From positions 451 through 64,450 of the IMG/VR virus record IMGVR_UViG_3300032050_000120: a stretch of DNA of 64,000 bases; one strand, 5' to 3'. The translations under genes were made by a program, and so were the position numbers. Positions within the stretch are counted from its first letter, which is position 1. Each line of letters begins with the position of its first letter. The DNA comes from a virus (lineage: Duplodnaviria > Caudoviricetes). Shown here one piece after another: positions 37,031 to 48,244 of this stretch. The notes under the pieces were generated by a model that worked only from the letters and a program-made list of their open reading frames with translations, was not told the origin of the DNA and ran no database searches.

Positions 37031-37656
37031 TTTATTCCTCTCTCTTTGAGATACATATAATCTTCTGTATAGTAATTTTTTATTTCTTGAATATCATCTT
37101 TAGTAAGATTATCAAGATGCTCTATTTTCAAACTAGGATTTCCAATATCAATTTCACTTATATTTATATCTAATATCTCAGCTAATTTTTGAACTTCTTC
37201 ATCATAATTTCTGAAGTCTAGTAGCTGCATATCTGGGAAGTTTAGCCAATGCACTTGCTTGCGATACACGTTATTTCTATGATGAGTCATCGTGCGAAAT
37301 ACTTCTATAAGAGAGACGCTATCGTTTAATGCTTTTAGTTCTGGAGATAAATCTTCATATGGATTATCTCCAAACGAAGACATTTTGATTTCGTTTCCAT
37401 AGAACGCATGAAAGAAGTCATGGGTTCTCCATCGCTTAATATATCTTAACATTGATACTGCTCGTTCTACTGGATCTCGGTAGAACGCAAACATAGTATA
37501 TTGACTAAAATCTCGTCTTTTACAAATTGCTGAATAGTTCTCATGAGAATGAGCACATTCATCTAATCCCTTATCGTAAAATGTTTTACATAAAGTATAT
37601 GTTCCAGTTTTTGGCACTAAAAATATTACTACTTTATTTTTCTTTGATACTATCAT
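37018..37656 (-). CDS. sulfotransferase-family protein
   Basis: VPKTGT (5'-PSB), FYRDPVERAVS (3'-PB) and YYTEDY. Confidence 0.75.
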   Translation of the reverse strand: MIVSKKNKVVIFLVPKTGTYTLCKTFYDKGLDECAHSHENYSAICKRRDFSQYTMFAFYRDPVERAVSMLRYIKRWRTHDFFHAFYGNEIKMSSFGDNPYEDLSPELKALNDSVSLIEVFRTMTHHRNNVYRKQVHWLNFPDMQLLDFRNYDEEVQKLAEILDINISEIDIGNPSLKIEHLDNLTKDDIQEIKNYYTEDYMYLKERGIKWQE

Positions 37657-37936
37657 TTAATTTCTCAATGTTTGCATCTTGATAATGTATCGCATTTCCA
37701 TACATTGATGCCCACTTTCTAAACACATGATGATCAATTAATTTATATGGTATAAACTTTTCATTCGGTGGTGGTATATCTATGTAATGTGTAGTTTTAA
37801 CTTTTTCGAGTGTTTTAAGATTGGTTGTGGTGAACAGAACTATTATTTTAGTTATCACTTTATCATTTTTAGATTCATCAAAATATTCAGATTTTACGTC
37901 AGAATAAAAAGCTGCCTGGTGATGATAAGAAGCCAT
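37634..37936 (-). CDS. hypothetical protein (tail-fibre-chaperone-like)
   Basis: FIPY...W motif; lies in the fibre cluster. Confidence 0.4.
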   Translation of the reverse strand: MASYHHQAAFYSDVKSEYFDESKNDKVITKIIVLFTTTNLKTLEKVKTTHYIDIPPPNEKFIPYKLIDHHVFRKWASMYGNAIHYQDANIEKLNDSIKEK

Positions 37937-38559
37937 TATCTATATCTTGGACCACTGACAAAAACAACAAGAGTCTGCCTTACTCCTTTTGTAACAGGAG
38001 TCACACAGTGCTGAACAAAAGACGGGAATACCACAACCTCACCTTTTTTTAATTTACCGACATTAAGTTCGCCATTTATAAACAATTTTAATTCCCCACC
38101 CTCATATTCAGATGGATCGGATAGACCGACAATCATGCTTAGTTTTCGCATATTAGTATAACCAGAACCTATGTCACTATGCCAAGAAAACTTACCGTGG
38201 CGTTCACCGCCACTTTCATCTGCTTCATAGCGCATAAAAGATATATCGTCTAAAATTCCTATGATGTTAACACCAAAATGTGTTTCATTTAACTCTGCGG
38301 CTTTTACTCGAACAGCTGTGTACAGCCACTCATAACCTTCTCTATGAACCCAACCAGCTTTAACTATTCTCCAATTATCATTGACTACATGTGTCACCCC
38401 ATCATAAGTCACAACTCCTGGCGGAAACTTAGAACTATCAATCTTTAATATTTCATCACATTGTTCTGGTGTCAATAATGTAGATTGACTAAGAAGTCTT
38501 ATGCGAGGTTCTTCTTTAAATATCAGAGAATCGTGATGTGGAATTCTGTCTATACTCAT
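37936..38559 (-). CDS. 2OG-Fe(II) oxygenase (prolyl-4-hydroxylase-like)
   Basis: WHSD, RKLS, YEGGEL and FPSFVQHCVTPVTKGVRQTLV. Confidence 0.9.
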   Translation of the reverse strand: MSIDRIPHHDSLIFKEEPRIRLLSQSTLLTPEQCDEILKIDSSKFPPGVVTYDGVTHVVNDNWRIVKAGWVHREGYEWLYTAVRVKAAELNETHFGVNIIGILDDISFMRYEADESGGERHGKFSWHSDIGSGYTNMRKLSMIVGLSDPSEYEGGELKLFINGELNVGKLKKGEVVVFPSFVQHCVTPVTKGVRQTLVVFVSGPRYR

Positions 38560-38570
38560 TATGTATGTCC

Positions 38571-39728
38571 TTATGGGATAATGCCTAGTACTGTACCTAC
38601 TGTTGGTTCTGATTCAGTGCCACTGAATAAATCTAATTCGTTTGTTGCTACGATAGTACTTCCACCAGAATCCGTAGAAAATTCCATTTTTAGTGTCCAA
38701 CTATTTACACCCCCGCCAGCATCCGTAAATACGCTCCATGTTCTTGCTGTATTCAACTGCAACCAACTACCGACTGTTCCAGTACCACTTCCAGTAATAG
38801 TTGTGGCTTTTACCCAATAGTTATTACCAACCGAAGTTGCAGGATTATTTACCCATTTAAGACCTTCCGTTAAAGTCGCTTCTCCTACTACAGTTATTGA
38901 TCCATTTGATTCAAGTGTTAAAGAAGAAGTTGCTGATCCTTCACCCCATAATTTACTATTAGCTACACCAGAAAAACACCCTAAAACTCTTAGTGTAGTG
39001 TCGAAACCAGCACTAGGTTTCACACCTAAAGTTACGAATGCACCTTTTGAAGATGCAGCAACAGTAACAGAAGTTGTTCCAGTAGAGCCAGATGTTGTTT
39101 TAGTACCAGTAACAAGACCTATACCACCACCATTAGCCGTTGATACTGTTCTTGATACCACAACCAGTAAGTTTGTTAAGTTTGCATTTGTTGGAGAGCT
39201 GTAGTTAAAAGACGAATTCGCGTCTCTACCAATACCAGAAATATGCGCAATCATTGCGTTGTTTGTTGACGTGGTGACCGCTGGTAGTGTATGAGTTGTG
39301 CCAGCGGTAGCCAATACACTACCAGAAGTAACTTCAACTGGTGTCGTTTGATCTACTCGCCTAAAAGAAAACATCTGTCCAGTTGTTAGTACACCTGTAT
39401 CGGTAACACCAACGTTTGCCTGTGATCCAGATGCTATTTTCGTGTACACCGCTACACGAATAGATTGGGAAGCGCCAGCAGTACCCGTGCTTTGAGGACT
39501 GTTACTAACTTCTGTCCAGGTACCGCCATCTGTTGGTGTTGTTATTGTTTGATTTGTGCTTGTGATAACTAAAACCAAAAGATCATTATTGATATAACTT
39601 TGTGGTGGTGTGATTGTTATACCAGCTATATTTTCAAAAAAAGCACCAGCATCAACAAAAGTTACAGTATCTAAAGTTGCTGCTGCTGCTTTTGCAGTTG
39701 CTATTAGTGATTGTTGCATTGCACCCAT
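38571..39728 (-). CDS. tail-fibre-associated structural protein
   Basis: Thr/Ser/Gly-rich beta protein coupled to the collagen fibre gene. Confidence 0.6.
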   Translation of the reverse strand: MGAMQQSLIATAKAAAATLDTVTFVDAGAFFENIAGITITPPQSYINNDLLVLVITSTNQTITTPTDGGTWTEVSNSPQSTGTAGASQSIRVAVYTKIASGSQANVGVTDTGVLTTGQMFSFRRVDQTTPVEVTSGSVLATAGTTHTLPAVTTSTNNAMIAHISGIGRDANSSFNYSSPTNANLTNLLVVVSRTVSTANGGGIGLVTGTKTTSGSTGTTSVTVAASSKGAFVTLGVKPSAGFDTTLRVLGCFSGVANSKLWGEGSATSSLTLESNGSITVVGEATLTEGLKWVNNPATSVGNNYWVKATTITGSGTGTVGSWLQLNTARTWSVFTDAGGGVNSWTLKMEFSTDSGGSTIVATNELDLFSGTESEPTVGTVLGIIP

Positions 39729-42700
39729 TATGTTAACCCTGCTCCAGATGCGATCCAAATAGTTGATGCTGCTTTATACAAGGTGCAGATGCCCCAAGGT
39801 GCCAGAGTTCTAGAACCAGTCGTGGTTGTACCAGCAAGATACATGGTATCTGTCGTTATTGATATAGTTATATTACCCGTTGTGTTGGCATTGAACACAG
39901 TAATAGCCGTACCAACTGGGAACGCTGTTGTTCCGTTTGCTGGTATGGTATAGGTGTAGGCTGTTGTGTTTGATTTTCCTATTGACTTACCAGCATCAGT
40001 TAATACAAAAGTGTATGCAGTATTTTGAATGCTTTGCGGAATATCACGATAGCCAACGGCAATACCGCCATAGACTAGATCAGTACCGTTATATCCAAGC
40101 AAAGATGCTGACGAACCAAATTTAATATATCCATAACTAGCATTTTGTTGACCCTTTAGACCAACCGTATCCGCAGTGTTAACGTCACCTAACCAAGCAT
40201 CATCACCAATTCTATAGTTAGTTCCGTTTCCGTTATTTGATGATAAAAACTGGTCAGCTGATATACTGATAGTATTTACTATAGATGTGCCAATAGTAAG
40301 AGCATTTGGAGATAGGTTGGCTGTTGCTGTTGAGTTTGATACTTTAACAAGGTTGCTTATGATCGATGTATTGATAGTAGAGTTACCAACAAAAATAGTC
40401 GATGTTGATAACGAAACGTTTGCACCGATTGTTACAGTATTCGATATAGCAAGAACGTTTGTTGTTTTTGTAAACGTTAAACCAGCTGAACCGTTAGCAG
40501 TAGCAGAGTCGTTAAAAGTAACTTGTGTATTTGTTGATGCACCAATACCACTAACGCCTGTCGTACCTTGTGTACCTGTAGTGCCCTGTGTACCCGTGGT
40601 TCCTTGAGTACCTGTCGTACCTTGAGCACCTGTAGCACCCTGTGTACCAGTGCCCGTTGTACCCTGTGCACCTGTTGCTCCCTGTGCACCCTGTGTACCT
40701 GTTCCTGTAGTGCCCTGGCGACCCTGTACACCCTGAGCACCTGTAGCACCCTGAGTACCAGTGGTTCCTTGAGTCCCGTTAGTACCCTGTGATCCTATTG
40801 CACCTTGTGCGCCTGTTGTACCTTGTGTACCAAGTACCCCCTGGACACCATTAGCACCTTGAACACCCTGAACACCTTGTGCGCCTGTAGCACCCTGAGT
40901 ACCCGTAGCACCCTGCGATCCAGTAGTACCTTGAGCACCTGTCGTTCCTTGAGTGCCGTTAGTGCCCTGTGTTCCCGTTGTGCCCTGTGCGCCTGTAGTG
41001 CCTTGAGCACCCGTAGTACCTTGAGTGCCGTTAGTACCTTGAGTACCTGTTGTACCCTGAGTACCAGTTGCGCCCTGTGCGCCTGTTGTGCCCTGAGAAC
41101 CTGTTGTACCCTGTGTACCAGTTGCACCTTGTGAACCAGTGTCGCCAGTTATTCCCTGTGCACCTGTAGCACCCTGAGCACCAGTGGTACCCTGAGAACC
41201 TGTTGTACCTTGTGTACCTGTCGCACCTTGTGATCCTGTTGCGCCTTGTGTACCGTTAGTGCCCGAAGTACCTTGAGTACCATCTGTACCTTGTGTACCT
41301 ATCGCACCCTGTGTTCCTGTGGTTCCCTGTGCGCCTGTTGTGCCTTGTGTGCCATTGGCACCTTGAGCACCTGTTGTGCCCTGTGTTCCCGTTGCGCCTT
41401 GAGTGCCGTTAGTACCAGATGTACCTTGAGAACCAGTTGTACCCTGCGTACCATTGGTACCCTGCGTACCAGTAGCGCCTTGTGCGCCTGTAGTGCCTTG
41501 TGATCCTGTAGAACCAGTAGCACCCTGAGCACCTTGAGCACCACTAAAACCAGTAGTAATAGCAGTTCTAATATTCGATGGTGTAGCACCAGAATGCAGA
41601 AAGTGTATAGTCTTGTTTGTCGCGCTTGTTGTAGCTGCAACAACTTTTATCACAATTCTATCTGTAGCAAGAATTGTTATAGGGCTTGACGATACAACAA
41701 GAATAGATGAAAAAGTAGAAGTCAGAGCATTTATTTCTTGTGTACCAGAACTGAACAAGAATGTTTCTGTTCCGCCAGTGCTTCTCTTATAAACGTCAAA
41801 TTTAAGAGTAGATGTGTCTGTCGCATCAGATACAAATGCCCAGAATCTAAATTCATATTCACCAACAGGGATTTCAGTTATGTTTGGATCGCCACTAGCA
41901 GTAGCAAATTCTTCAATGATAGTATCACCACTAGAACTTGTGATGGTGACATTCATATCATCTTGCGGTGCACCATCAGGAACATCAGGCTCTAAAGATT
42001 CATAACCTGATATATCACTATTATCTTGAGTAAAATACCAAATACGACCACTGGCTGAAACGCCAGGTGCACCAATAACACCTTGCGTTCCTTGAGTTCC
42101 TTGTGTACCCGTACCAGTGATACCCTGAACACCTTGAGTACCAGTTGTGCCCTGTGATCCTATTGTACCTTGTGCGCCTGTAGCACCTTGAGTGCCCGTA
42201 GTTCCTTGAGCACCAGTTGTGCCCTGAGAGCCTAGTACACCTTGAACACCTTGTGCACCAGTTGTGCCCTGTGAACCTGTCGAACCCTGAACACCAGTTG
42301 TTCCTTGAGTTCCCGTGCTGCCCTGTGATCCAGTTGCACCTTGTGATCCAGTTGTGCCTTGGTTTCCTGTGGTTCCCTGGGAGCCTGTTGTACCTTGAGT
42401 GCCATTAGTACCTTGAGTACCTGTTGCGCCTTGCGCACCTGTTGTACCCTGAGTTCCTGTACCTGTTATACCTTGTACACCTTGAGTGCCTGTACCAGTA
42501 ATACCCTGAGTACCTTGTGTACCAGTGCCAGTAATACCTTGCGTACCAGTTGTACCCTGAGCACCAGTTGTGCCCTGAGTGCCTGTTGCGCCTTGAGAGC
42601 CAGTATTACCAGTAGTGCCCTGCGCACCATCAGTGCCTTGAACGCCTTGTGAACCAGTATCGCCAGTTATACCCTGTGCACCAGTGGTTCCCTGAGCACC

Positions 42701-43312
42701 TGTTGTGCCATTTACACCTTGAGTGCCTTGTGTGCCTGTACCACCTTGAACGCCTTGTGATCCTATAGCACCTTGCGCACCTTGAGTTCCTGTACCAGTA
42801 ACACCTTGCGTACCTTGCGTACCAGTACCCGTAGTGCCTTGTGAACCCGTTGTGCCTTGTAAACCAGTATCACCAGTTATACCCTGAATACCAATGGTGC
42901 CTTGTGAACCTATTGTGCCTTGTGAACCCGTTGTGCCTTGCGATCCCGTTGTGCCTTGCGATCCTATTGTACCTTGAGTGCCAATGCTGCCTTGTGATCC
43001 TGTAGTTCCCTGAGAACCTATTGTACCCTGAGTTCCTATGTCACCAGTTGTACCCTGTGTGCCTATTGTTCCTTGTGTACCAGTCGTACCTTGTGTACCA
43101 GTCGTGCCTTGTGTACCAGCACCAGTGGAGCCTTGTACACCAGTTCCACCTTGAATACCAGTTACACCCTGGATACCTCTCGGACCAGGGTTTACCGTAG
43201 TTGTTACTTCATCTCTAGATAAAGCATCACCAACTTCAATCTCTTGTCGGCTAGATACAGATCCAACAGTGACGCGCTCACCAGAGACGATAGTAGTTAC
43301 GGTATTTGCCAT
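39728..43312 (-). CDS. collagen-like long tail/head fibre protein
   Basis: two long Gly-X-Y tracts (GTQ/GAQ/GSQ alternating with GTT/GAT); C-terminal [10 protein letters not shown]...FPVGTAIT...WIASGAGLT fibre domain. Confidence 0.88.
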   Translation of the reverse strand: MANTVTTIVSGERVTVGSVSSRQEIEVGDALSRDEVTTTVNPGPRGIQGVTGIQGGTGVQGSTGAGTQGTTGTQGTTGTQGTIGTQGTTGDIGTQGTIGSQGTTGSQGSIGTQGTIGSQGTTGSQGTTGSQGTIGSQGTIGIQGITGDTGLQGTTGSQGTTGTGTQGTQGVTGTGTQGAQGAIGSQGVQGGTGTQGTQGVNGTTGAQGTTGAQGITGDTGSQGVQGTDGAQGTTGNTGSQGATGTQGTTGAQGTTGTQGITGTGTQGTQGITGTGTQGVQGITGTGTQGTTGAQGATGTQGTNGTQGTTGSQGTTGNQGTTGSQGATGSQGSTGTQGTTGVQGSTGSQGTTGAQGVQGVLGSQGTTGAQGTTGTQGATGAQGTIGSQGTTGTQGVQGITGTGTQGTQGTQGVIGAPGVSASGRIWYFTQDNSDISGYESLEPDVPDGAPQDDMNVTITSSSGDTIIEEFATASGDPNITEIPVGEYEFRFWAFVSDATDTSTLKFDVYKRSTGGTETFLFSSGTQEINALTSTFSSILVVSSSPITILATDRIVIKVVAATTSATNKTIHFLHSGATPSNIRTAITTGFSGAQGAQGATGSTGSQGTTGAQGATGTQGTNGTQGTTGSQGTSGTNGTQGATGTQGTTGAQGANGTQGTTGAQGTTGTQGAIGTQGTDGTQGTSGTNGTQGATGSQGATGTQGTTGSQGTTGAQGATGAQGITGDTGSQGATGTQGTTGSQGTTGAQGATGTQGTTGTQGTNGTQGTTGAQGTTGAQGTTGTQGTNGTQGTTGAQGTTGSQGATGTQGATGAQGVQGVQGANGVQGVLGTQGTTGAQGAIGSQGTNGTQGTTGTQGATGAQGVQGRQGTTGTGTQGAQGATGAQGTTGTGTQGATGAQGTTGTQGTTGTQGTTGTQGTTGVSGIGASTNTQVTFNDSATANGSAGLTFTKTTNVLAISNTVTIGANVSLSTSTIFVGNSTINTSIISNLVKVSNSTATANLSPNALTIGTSIVNTISISADQFLSSNNGNGTNYRIGDDAWLGDVNTADTVGLKGQQNASYGYIKFGSSASLLGYNGTDLVYGGIAVGYRDIPQSIQNTAYTFVLTDAGKSIGKSNTTAYTYTIPANGTTAFPVGTAITVFNANTTGNITISITTDTMYLAGTTTTGSRTLAPWGICTLYKAASTIWIASGAGLT

Positions 43313-43653
43313 TAGGTGACACCCGCACTTACCTTCAAGAAGCCTTCAACAATTCGTGTTTTGAAATCATTATCATCTGTGATGGTAACGTCATAAACAT
43401 ATCGTGCATTTTTCAGATTTGCTGTCTGCGTTGGGGTTAGGCTGATCATAACCTCACCATTTACAGCATTTGCAATAGAAGCAGTAAAAGGTAATGCTTG
43501 ACTATCTGGGGTCTGGAAGTCCGTCTTATACTTCGCAGCAGCAGTATAGTTTGTTAGATTCAAGACAGTACCATTCGCAGTTTTTACGTTGAATGTTACT
43601 TCGAGACTTGCTTTTTGATTTACGATGATATCTACTGATGTATCGGCTGCCAT
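43312..43653 (-). CDS. small structural protein (fibre/baseplate-associated)
   Basis: NLTNYTA...ISLTPTQT...RYVYDV...RIVEG..VS.GVT, typical upstream of T4-like fibres. Confidence 0.65.
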   Translation of the reverse strand: MAADTSVDIIVNQKASLEVTFNVKTANGTVLNLTNYTAAAKYKTDFQTPDSQALPFTASIANAVNGEVMISLTPTQTANLKNARYVYDVTITDDNDFKTRIVEGFLKVSAGVT

Positions 43654-43654
43654 T

Positions 43655-44701
43655 TTAATCCTCTACTTTTGCGCCAGCTCTCCACTGGTGACACGACCAG
43701 TAACGAGCCTTCCATTTTGGACCTCTGTCGGTGTCACATTTGTGACGCGCCCTGAAGTTTTTTCTACGTTCTGGGTTATCTCGTTTAATAGACAAGTTTG
43801 GATCTCCGAATCGAACCATGACAACATTGCCATTTGGTCCCATTGTGTAGACACCAAACTTCTTACGAGCACCAGAAGTTCTGAATGGTTTATTTAGGGT
43901 CACTGTTTTGCCGTGATATTCGGCTTCCATAATGATAAGTTCTTCGTCTAGATTTTTACCTTCAGCAGCAGCTGCGCAAGCAGAGCAACAAGCTCTATGC
44001 TTTTTTTTCTGCGCTTCGTTTAGGATATCGCCTAAAGTTTTCAATTGTCTACCCTCTACAGCTGTTTTTGGTTTTGTTTTTCTATGCGCCACAACATTCA
44101 TATTCATAACGGCAGATACACCTTGATACTCTTTATTCTTCACACCACCGCCTTCTTCTTTGGCAGCTTTTTTGTCTTTGTGAGAAGCATAAATCTCGTG
44201 TTCATAATCATCAGATTTCATATCAATATTTACTGGTTTATTTTGCTCTGTATCCCACCCGTGAACATTGATGTTCTTCATACCACTCAGCTTCTTCCAA
44301 ACTTTTCTTCCACCAGGAGACTGGGCAAAAGAAGTAAGCATTTTGTCATGATGTGTGATCAGATGATGGTAAAGCTCATGTGCACCTGGTCTATCTGGAT
44401 TTGAACTGTCAGATGCAACTTTATCGATCTCTTCGCCTTTGTCAAATTTGCCTCTATCAACATCAAATTTTTGACTGGTTTCCATCTTTACAGATACTTT
44501 ACCAGTAGAGTCTGGAACATAATAATGATTTGTTATATCACGACCTACAACTTGTTGTTTGTGGTAGATAGAATGACCGCTTGGCATCTTAGATAAAAGA
44601 GTAGCTGATTTCGGAACTGGAACACCAAGATCTTTCTCAGCACCCATCTTGTCAGACTTAGTAATGCCCTCTACATCAAGGACTTCGTACAGCTTCTTCA
44701 T
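43655..44701 (-). CDS. polyprotein: GNAT-like module plus conserved C-terminal RFGDP...RARH.C...YWSC..W domain
   Basis: MKKLYEVLDVE; LY...QSPGGRKVWKKL; second targeting-like LKTLGDILNEA; IMEA junction. Confidence 0.6.
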   Translation of the reverse strand: MKKLYEVLDVEGITKSDKMGAEKDLGVPVPKSATLLSKMPSGHSIYHKQQVVGRDITNHYYVPDSTGKVSVKMETSQKFDVDRGKFDKGEEIDKVASDSSNPDRPGAHELYHHLITHHDKMLTSFAQSPGGRKVWKKLSGMKNINVHGWDTEQNKPVNIDMKSDDYEHEIYASHKDKKAAKEEGGGVKNKEYQGVSAVMNMNVVAHRKTKPKTAVEGRQLKTLGDILNEAQKKKHRACCSACAAAAEGKNLDEELIIMEAEYHGKTVTLNKPFRTSGARKKFGVYTMGPNGNVVMVRFGDPNLSIKRDNPERRKNFRARHKCDTDRGPKWKARYWSCHQWRAGAKVED

Positions 44702-45303
44702 TTCGACTTACCGACCTTCTTCAAAATCTTAACAAGGTTGGCAACATCTTCAAAACTCAGATCACCATTTTCTTTTTCTTCTTCTTCTTTTTCTTTGCGT
44801 TCTTTCATTTCTTCGACAACGCTTGGGTGGTGCGCAAACCCCGCTTCAAAAGCAATGCCAAGTTGCTGTGCAGTTGGAGCATAGGATTCAGAAAGCATAG
44901 CCGATTCTTGCAGATCTGCATCATCCTGGTGGAATGCCTTTCCACCACCAATGAATGAATTTACGCGATCAAATGCAAACTGTTGTGGAGTCTTCGAATC
45001 ATTTTGATCCCAAGCATCAACACCACGGTAGAATACTTCTTCCAGGGTTTGATAAGGGATTCCAGACTGTTTTGCTTTTCTGTGTAATGAAACACTTTCC
45101 ATCGCGGTCATTGCACCGCAATATTTCTTCTTGGCTAAACGCTTCTCAAAAAGAGCGTTTACTTTGTTCTCTACAATACCCACAGTTGGGCTGAGAATGC
45201 CATTATTTAATATAGATGTATTCGCCTTTGGCTTCACATCGACATAAACATCGGTCTTGGCTTGACGCTTATTTTTAAGCTCTTTTCTATCTAATTTTTT
45301 CAC
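44698..45303 (-). CDS. conserved T4-like late protein (DUF5824-like)
   Basis: KAKQSGIPY.TL.EVF.RG..AW...QQFAFDRVNSF; TATAAATA late promoter at ~45361-45368 (-). Confidence 0.65.
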   Translation of the reverse strand: MKKLDRKELKNKRQAKTDVYVDVKPKANTSILNNGILSPTVGIVENKVNALFEKRLAKKKYCGAMTAMESVSLHRKAKQSGIPYQTLEEVFYRGVDAWDQNDSKTPQQFAFDRVNSFIGGGKAFHQDDADLQESAMLSESYAPTAQQLGIAFEAGFAHHPSVVEEMKERKEKEEEEKENGDLSFEDVANLVKILKKVGKSK

Positions 45304-45395
45304 GGAGTTTTCCTTAGACTTATCCTATGCGCTAAAACAGTTTATTTTAGCGGTATACTGTATTTATAATAAATCATTCTTCCCTATAACCTCAA

Positions 45396-46703
45396 TTATG
45401 TTATTTCTTCCCATCTCATAGCACCAACAGCATCGTTTCCATTTGTAGAACCTGTTGCTGCAAGTGTGATAATAATACCGTTGTTACTTGCTGCAAAAGG
45501 ATCTCTTTCCAACTGATATGCAAACAGTGTTTCTCTTCCAAGATTTACCGCTTGCCCACCAGCACCCGCTGACACGTTCACATATCCAACTTGAGCATCA
45601 CGACCACCTGTAACTGTAGTTGCGGTTGTATCATATTCTATAGGTGAATCTGCACTAGCAGGGGTCCAAGATGCACCATCTAATGTTCCACCAATAATAA
45701 TTTTGTAGCGATAACTTGTATTGTTTGTGATACCAAAAAACTCAACATCTTTCAGTATAGCGATGGCATCTTTGAATGAATCCTTCAATCTAATTGACAA
45801 GATAGGTGTAAATGTTCCAGCTGTAGGCAAGTCTTTTGGTTCGTTAGTAGGAATGATAATGCTTCTAGATTTACCTTCTAATGTGTAACCACCTTCAGAT
45901 ATAACAGTAGAGCAAATTTGCTTCATCTTAGAAGCAGAAGCAGTTGTTCCTGTGTTTTCGATCTCATAACGAACAGGAAGAATGGCGGTTGTCATATATG
46001 TTGTTGTATTAAGATTATCGTTATGGAATATGTGCGCTGGAACCATAAGACCATCAACTACAAATCCACAACGGACATCGCCAACACCAAGCCATTCAAC
46101 ATCAATCCAAAGAATATTAGATTTAGTTATATTTAAACTTCCGCGATCAGGATGACTAGATTGAGATGATTGCCCAGTTCCATCAAACTTATCTATGTTC
46201 CAATTTGCTTGCGCAACTCTTGTTTCGCTTACTACCCCTGATGTATAACTTCTCAATACAATGTAATTGTCTGTACCATCATTCTCAAAAAATATACCAT
46301 TTTCTGAATTGAAATATCCTACACGCTGTCTTAGATTTGTTTTCTGAGCGTTCATCACAAAGGTATTCATGATGAGCAATGACTTTCCTGGCTGGTATGC
46401 GAACACTCTTTTAGATTCACGGTAGCACTTATCACCCGAAGTTGTGCCTACATTCAAATCAACAATAGATTCATTTGTTTTGAACTCGGTATTTGATGTT
46501 CCGCTATTGCTTGTTGCAAACTTACCGTTGTCCTGATAACGATGAAACGAATCAAACAGAGTAAGTGGCTCTGATACTCTCAGACGACCAAACGCATCAG
46601 TGGCTGTGCCAGAAGCAGTAAATCTGCCATTAAGCATATTCACTTCATAAAGTGTTTTACCGTCTTCTCGAAACACCGATGTGTCGGTTCTAAATTGTGC
46701 CAT
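45396..46703 (-). CDS. conserved phage virion-associated protein
   Basis: DAFGRLRVS, YQPGKS, WLGVGDVRCGF, QICSTVISEGG and C-terminal WEEI; late promoter upstream. Confidence 0.7.
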   Translation of the reverse strand: MAQFRTDTSVFREDGKTLYEVNMLNGRFTASGTATDAFGRLRVSEPLTLFDSFHRYQDNGKFATSNSGTSNTEFKTNESIVDLNVGTTSGDKCYRESKRVFAYQPGKSLLIMNTFVMNAQKTNLRQRVGYFNSENGIFFENDGTDNYIVLRSYTSGVVSETRVAQANWNIDKFDGTGQSSQSSHPDRGSLNITKSNILWIDVEWLGVGDVRCGFVVDGLMVPAHIFHNDNLNTTTYMTTAILPVRYEIENTGTTASASKMKQICSTVISEGGYTLEGKSRSIIIPTNEPKDLPTAGTFTPILSIRLKDSFKDAIAILKDVEFFGITNNTSYRYKIIIGGTLDGASWTPASADSPIEYDTTATTVTGGRDAQVGYVNVSAGAGGQAVNLGRETLFAYQLERDPFAASNNGIIITLAATGSTNGNDAVGAMRWEEIT

Positions 46704-46783
46704 AAATTATCCTTTAATCATCGATTATTTAGTATACTGCGCCATAAAAAAATACTCCAGGGGTAATCTGGAGTATTTAGTCG

Positions 46784-48166
46784 TTATTTAAAGTTGTCGA
46801 AATCAAACTTCTTCTCGGCTTTCATTCTTTGCCCGAAGTCGCTTTGATCCATAACTGGTCCAGAGTCTGTGATATCCTTCTGGGCAGTCTGCTCGACATT
46901 ATAGAATCGCATCTTAGGCTTATCTAAACCAAGCACGAATCGTTTGTACCTTGATGGGTCTTTGTATCGATTCTTCAGCTGCTTGATCATAACCTGTCCA
47001 AGCTGTTCCAACTCTTCACTCGACATGATTGCAAACATCAGATCCGCTGTGGCTGGAAGACCGAAAGACTCTGAAGTATCGGTCAAGTTCACATCACTAC
47101 TATCATAACCACTACGAGTCGTTTGGGTTGCAGTGACAATAGGAAGATTGAATTCCATTGCCAGACCACGAAGTTCTTCTGCGATTGCCTTGATGTAGGT
47201 GTAGGAATTGACCGAACCACTCATCTTCATACGAGAAGATGCACAGATGTTGATGTAATCAATATAGACAATATCGGGCACAAAACTCTTCTTTTGCTTC
47301 AACTCGTTCAACAAGTGACGGAAGTGTCCAGAGCCAGCCTGGGAAGTCGGGTACTCCTTGATAACAAGTCTGCCTGAAGTCTTGCCACGAACACGCTCGA
47401 TCTTTTTCATGTAGCTTTCTTTCGGGAGAATAGCAAGATCGTCCATCGTGATGTTCAGTGTGTTCGCATCGATACGCTCGGCAATTCGTTCCTCTGCCAT
47501 TTCCATAGTGACATACAAAACATTCTTACCGACAAGCAGATTGTGTGCAGCCATATGGCACATCATCATAGACTTACCGACACCAGTACCAGCCAAAATA
47601 ACAGTCAGAGTTTTCTTGGCAATGCCATTACCCGTAATCAGGTTCATGTAGTCAAGATCAAATGGGATCTTTTCCTCTACACGATGATAAAAGTCGAAAC
47701 GTTCTTCTGCGTCTTCCAGGAAGTCGTGACCGATGTTTGTGTCAAAGGAGACACCAAGAGCATCAGTCAGAAGTTGTGGGATAGCACCCTTGTCAAGATC
47801 CTTGCTCTTGTTGTCAAGAATCGAGATTGCATTATAGATCGCAAGGTGAAGTGCTCGGCTTTGACAGAACTGTTCCGTGTTATCGACCAACCACTCAAAG
47901 TCTTGAGGTGGGCTTGATAATTCGTTAATGAGGTCTTTGGTCTTTTTGAACAGTTCTTCTGTAAGACCATCTTGCTTGTCGAGATCGATAAAGAGAGCAG
48001 CCTTTTCAGGCACTCGGTTGTATTTGTTCGCATAGTTGCTTACAAGGTCAAAGGCGATCTTGTATTCTCGTGCAGTAAAGTATTCGCCCTTAATGTGGGG
48101 GAGCACTTTCCACAGGTAATTTTCGTTGCCTATCATACCAGACAGGATGGTTTTTTCTAAGGACAT
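46784..48166 (-). CDS. 41: replicative DNA helicase (gp41)
   Basis: AGTGVGKS Walker A; IKEYPT; DYINIC; SESFGLPATAD. Confidence 0.95.
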   Translation of the reverse strand: MSLEKTILSGMIGNENYLWKVLPHIKGEYFTAREYKIAFDLVSNYANKYNRVPEKAALFIDLDKQDGLTEELFKKTKDLINELSSPPQDFEWLVDNTEQFCQSRALHLAIYNAISILDNKSKDLDKGAIPQLLTDALGVSFDTNIGHDFLEDAEERFDFYHRVEEKIPFDLDYMNLITGNGIAKKTLTVILAGTGVGKSMMMCHMAAHNLLVGKNVLYVTMEMAEERIAERIDANTLNITMDDLAILPKESYMKKIERVRGKTSGRLVIKEYPTSQAGSGHFRHLLNELKQKKSFVPDIVYIDYINICASSRMKMSGSVNSYTYIKAIAEELRGLAMEFNLPIVTATQTTRSGYDSSDVNLTDTSESFGLPATADLMFAIMSSEELEQLGQVMIKQLKNRYKDPSRYKRFVLGLDKPKMRFYNVEQTAQKDITDSGPVMDQSDFGQRMKAEKKFDFDNFK

Positions 48167-48187
48167 GCGTGACTCCAATGATGCTTC

Positions 48188-48224
48188 ATTATAACCGAAA
48201 CCTAACTGCCTGTCAATATAAATA
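48188..48224. promoter_or_regulatory. back-to-back early (minus) and late (plus) promoters
   Basis: minus TTGACA-N17-TATAAT; plus TATAAATA at 48217-48224. Confidence 0.75.
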
Positions 48225-48244
48225 CCCCGTAACCTGGAGATCTT

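Noticed and set aside
40477-42652. Many alternative-frame ORFs over the collagen gene
   Set aside because: These are shadow ORFs produced by the Gly-X-Y repeat periodicity.
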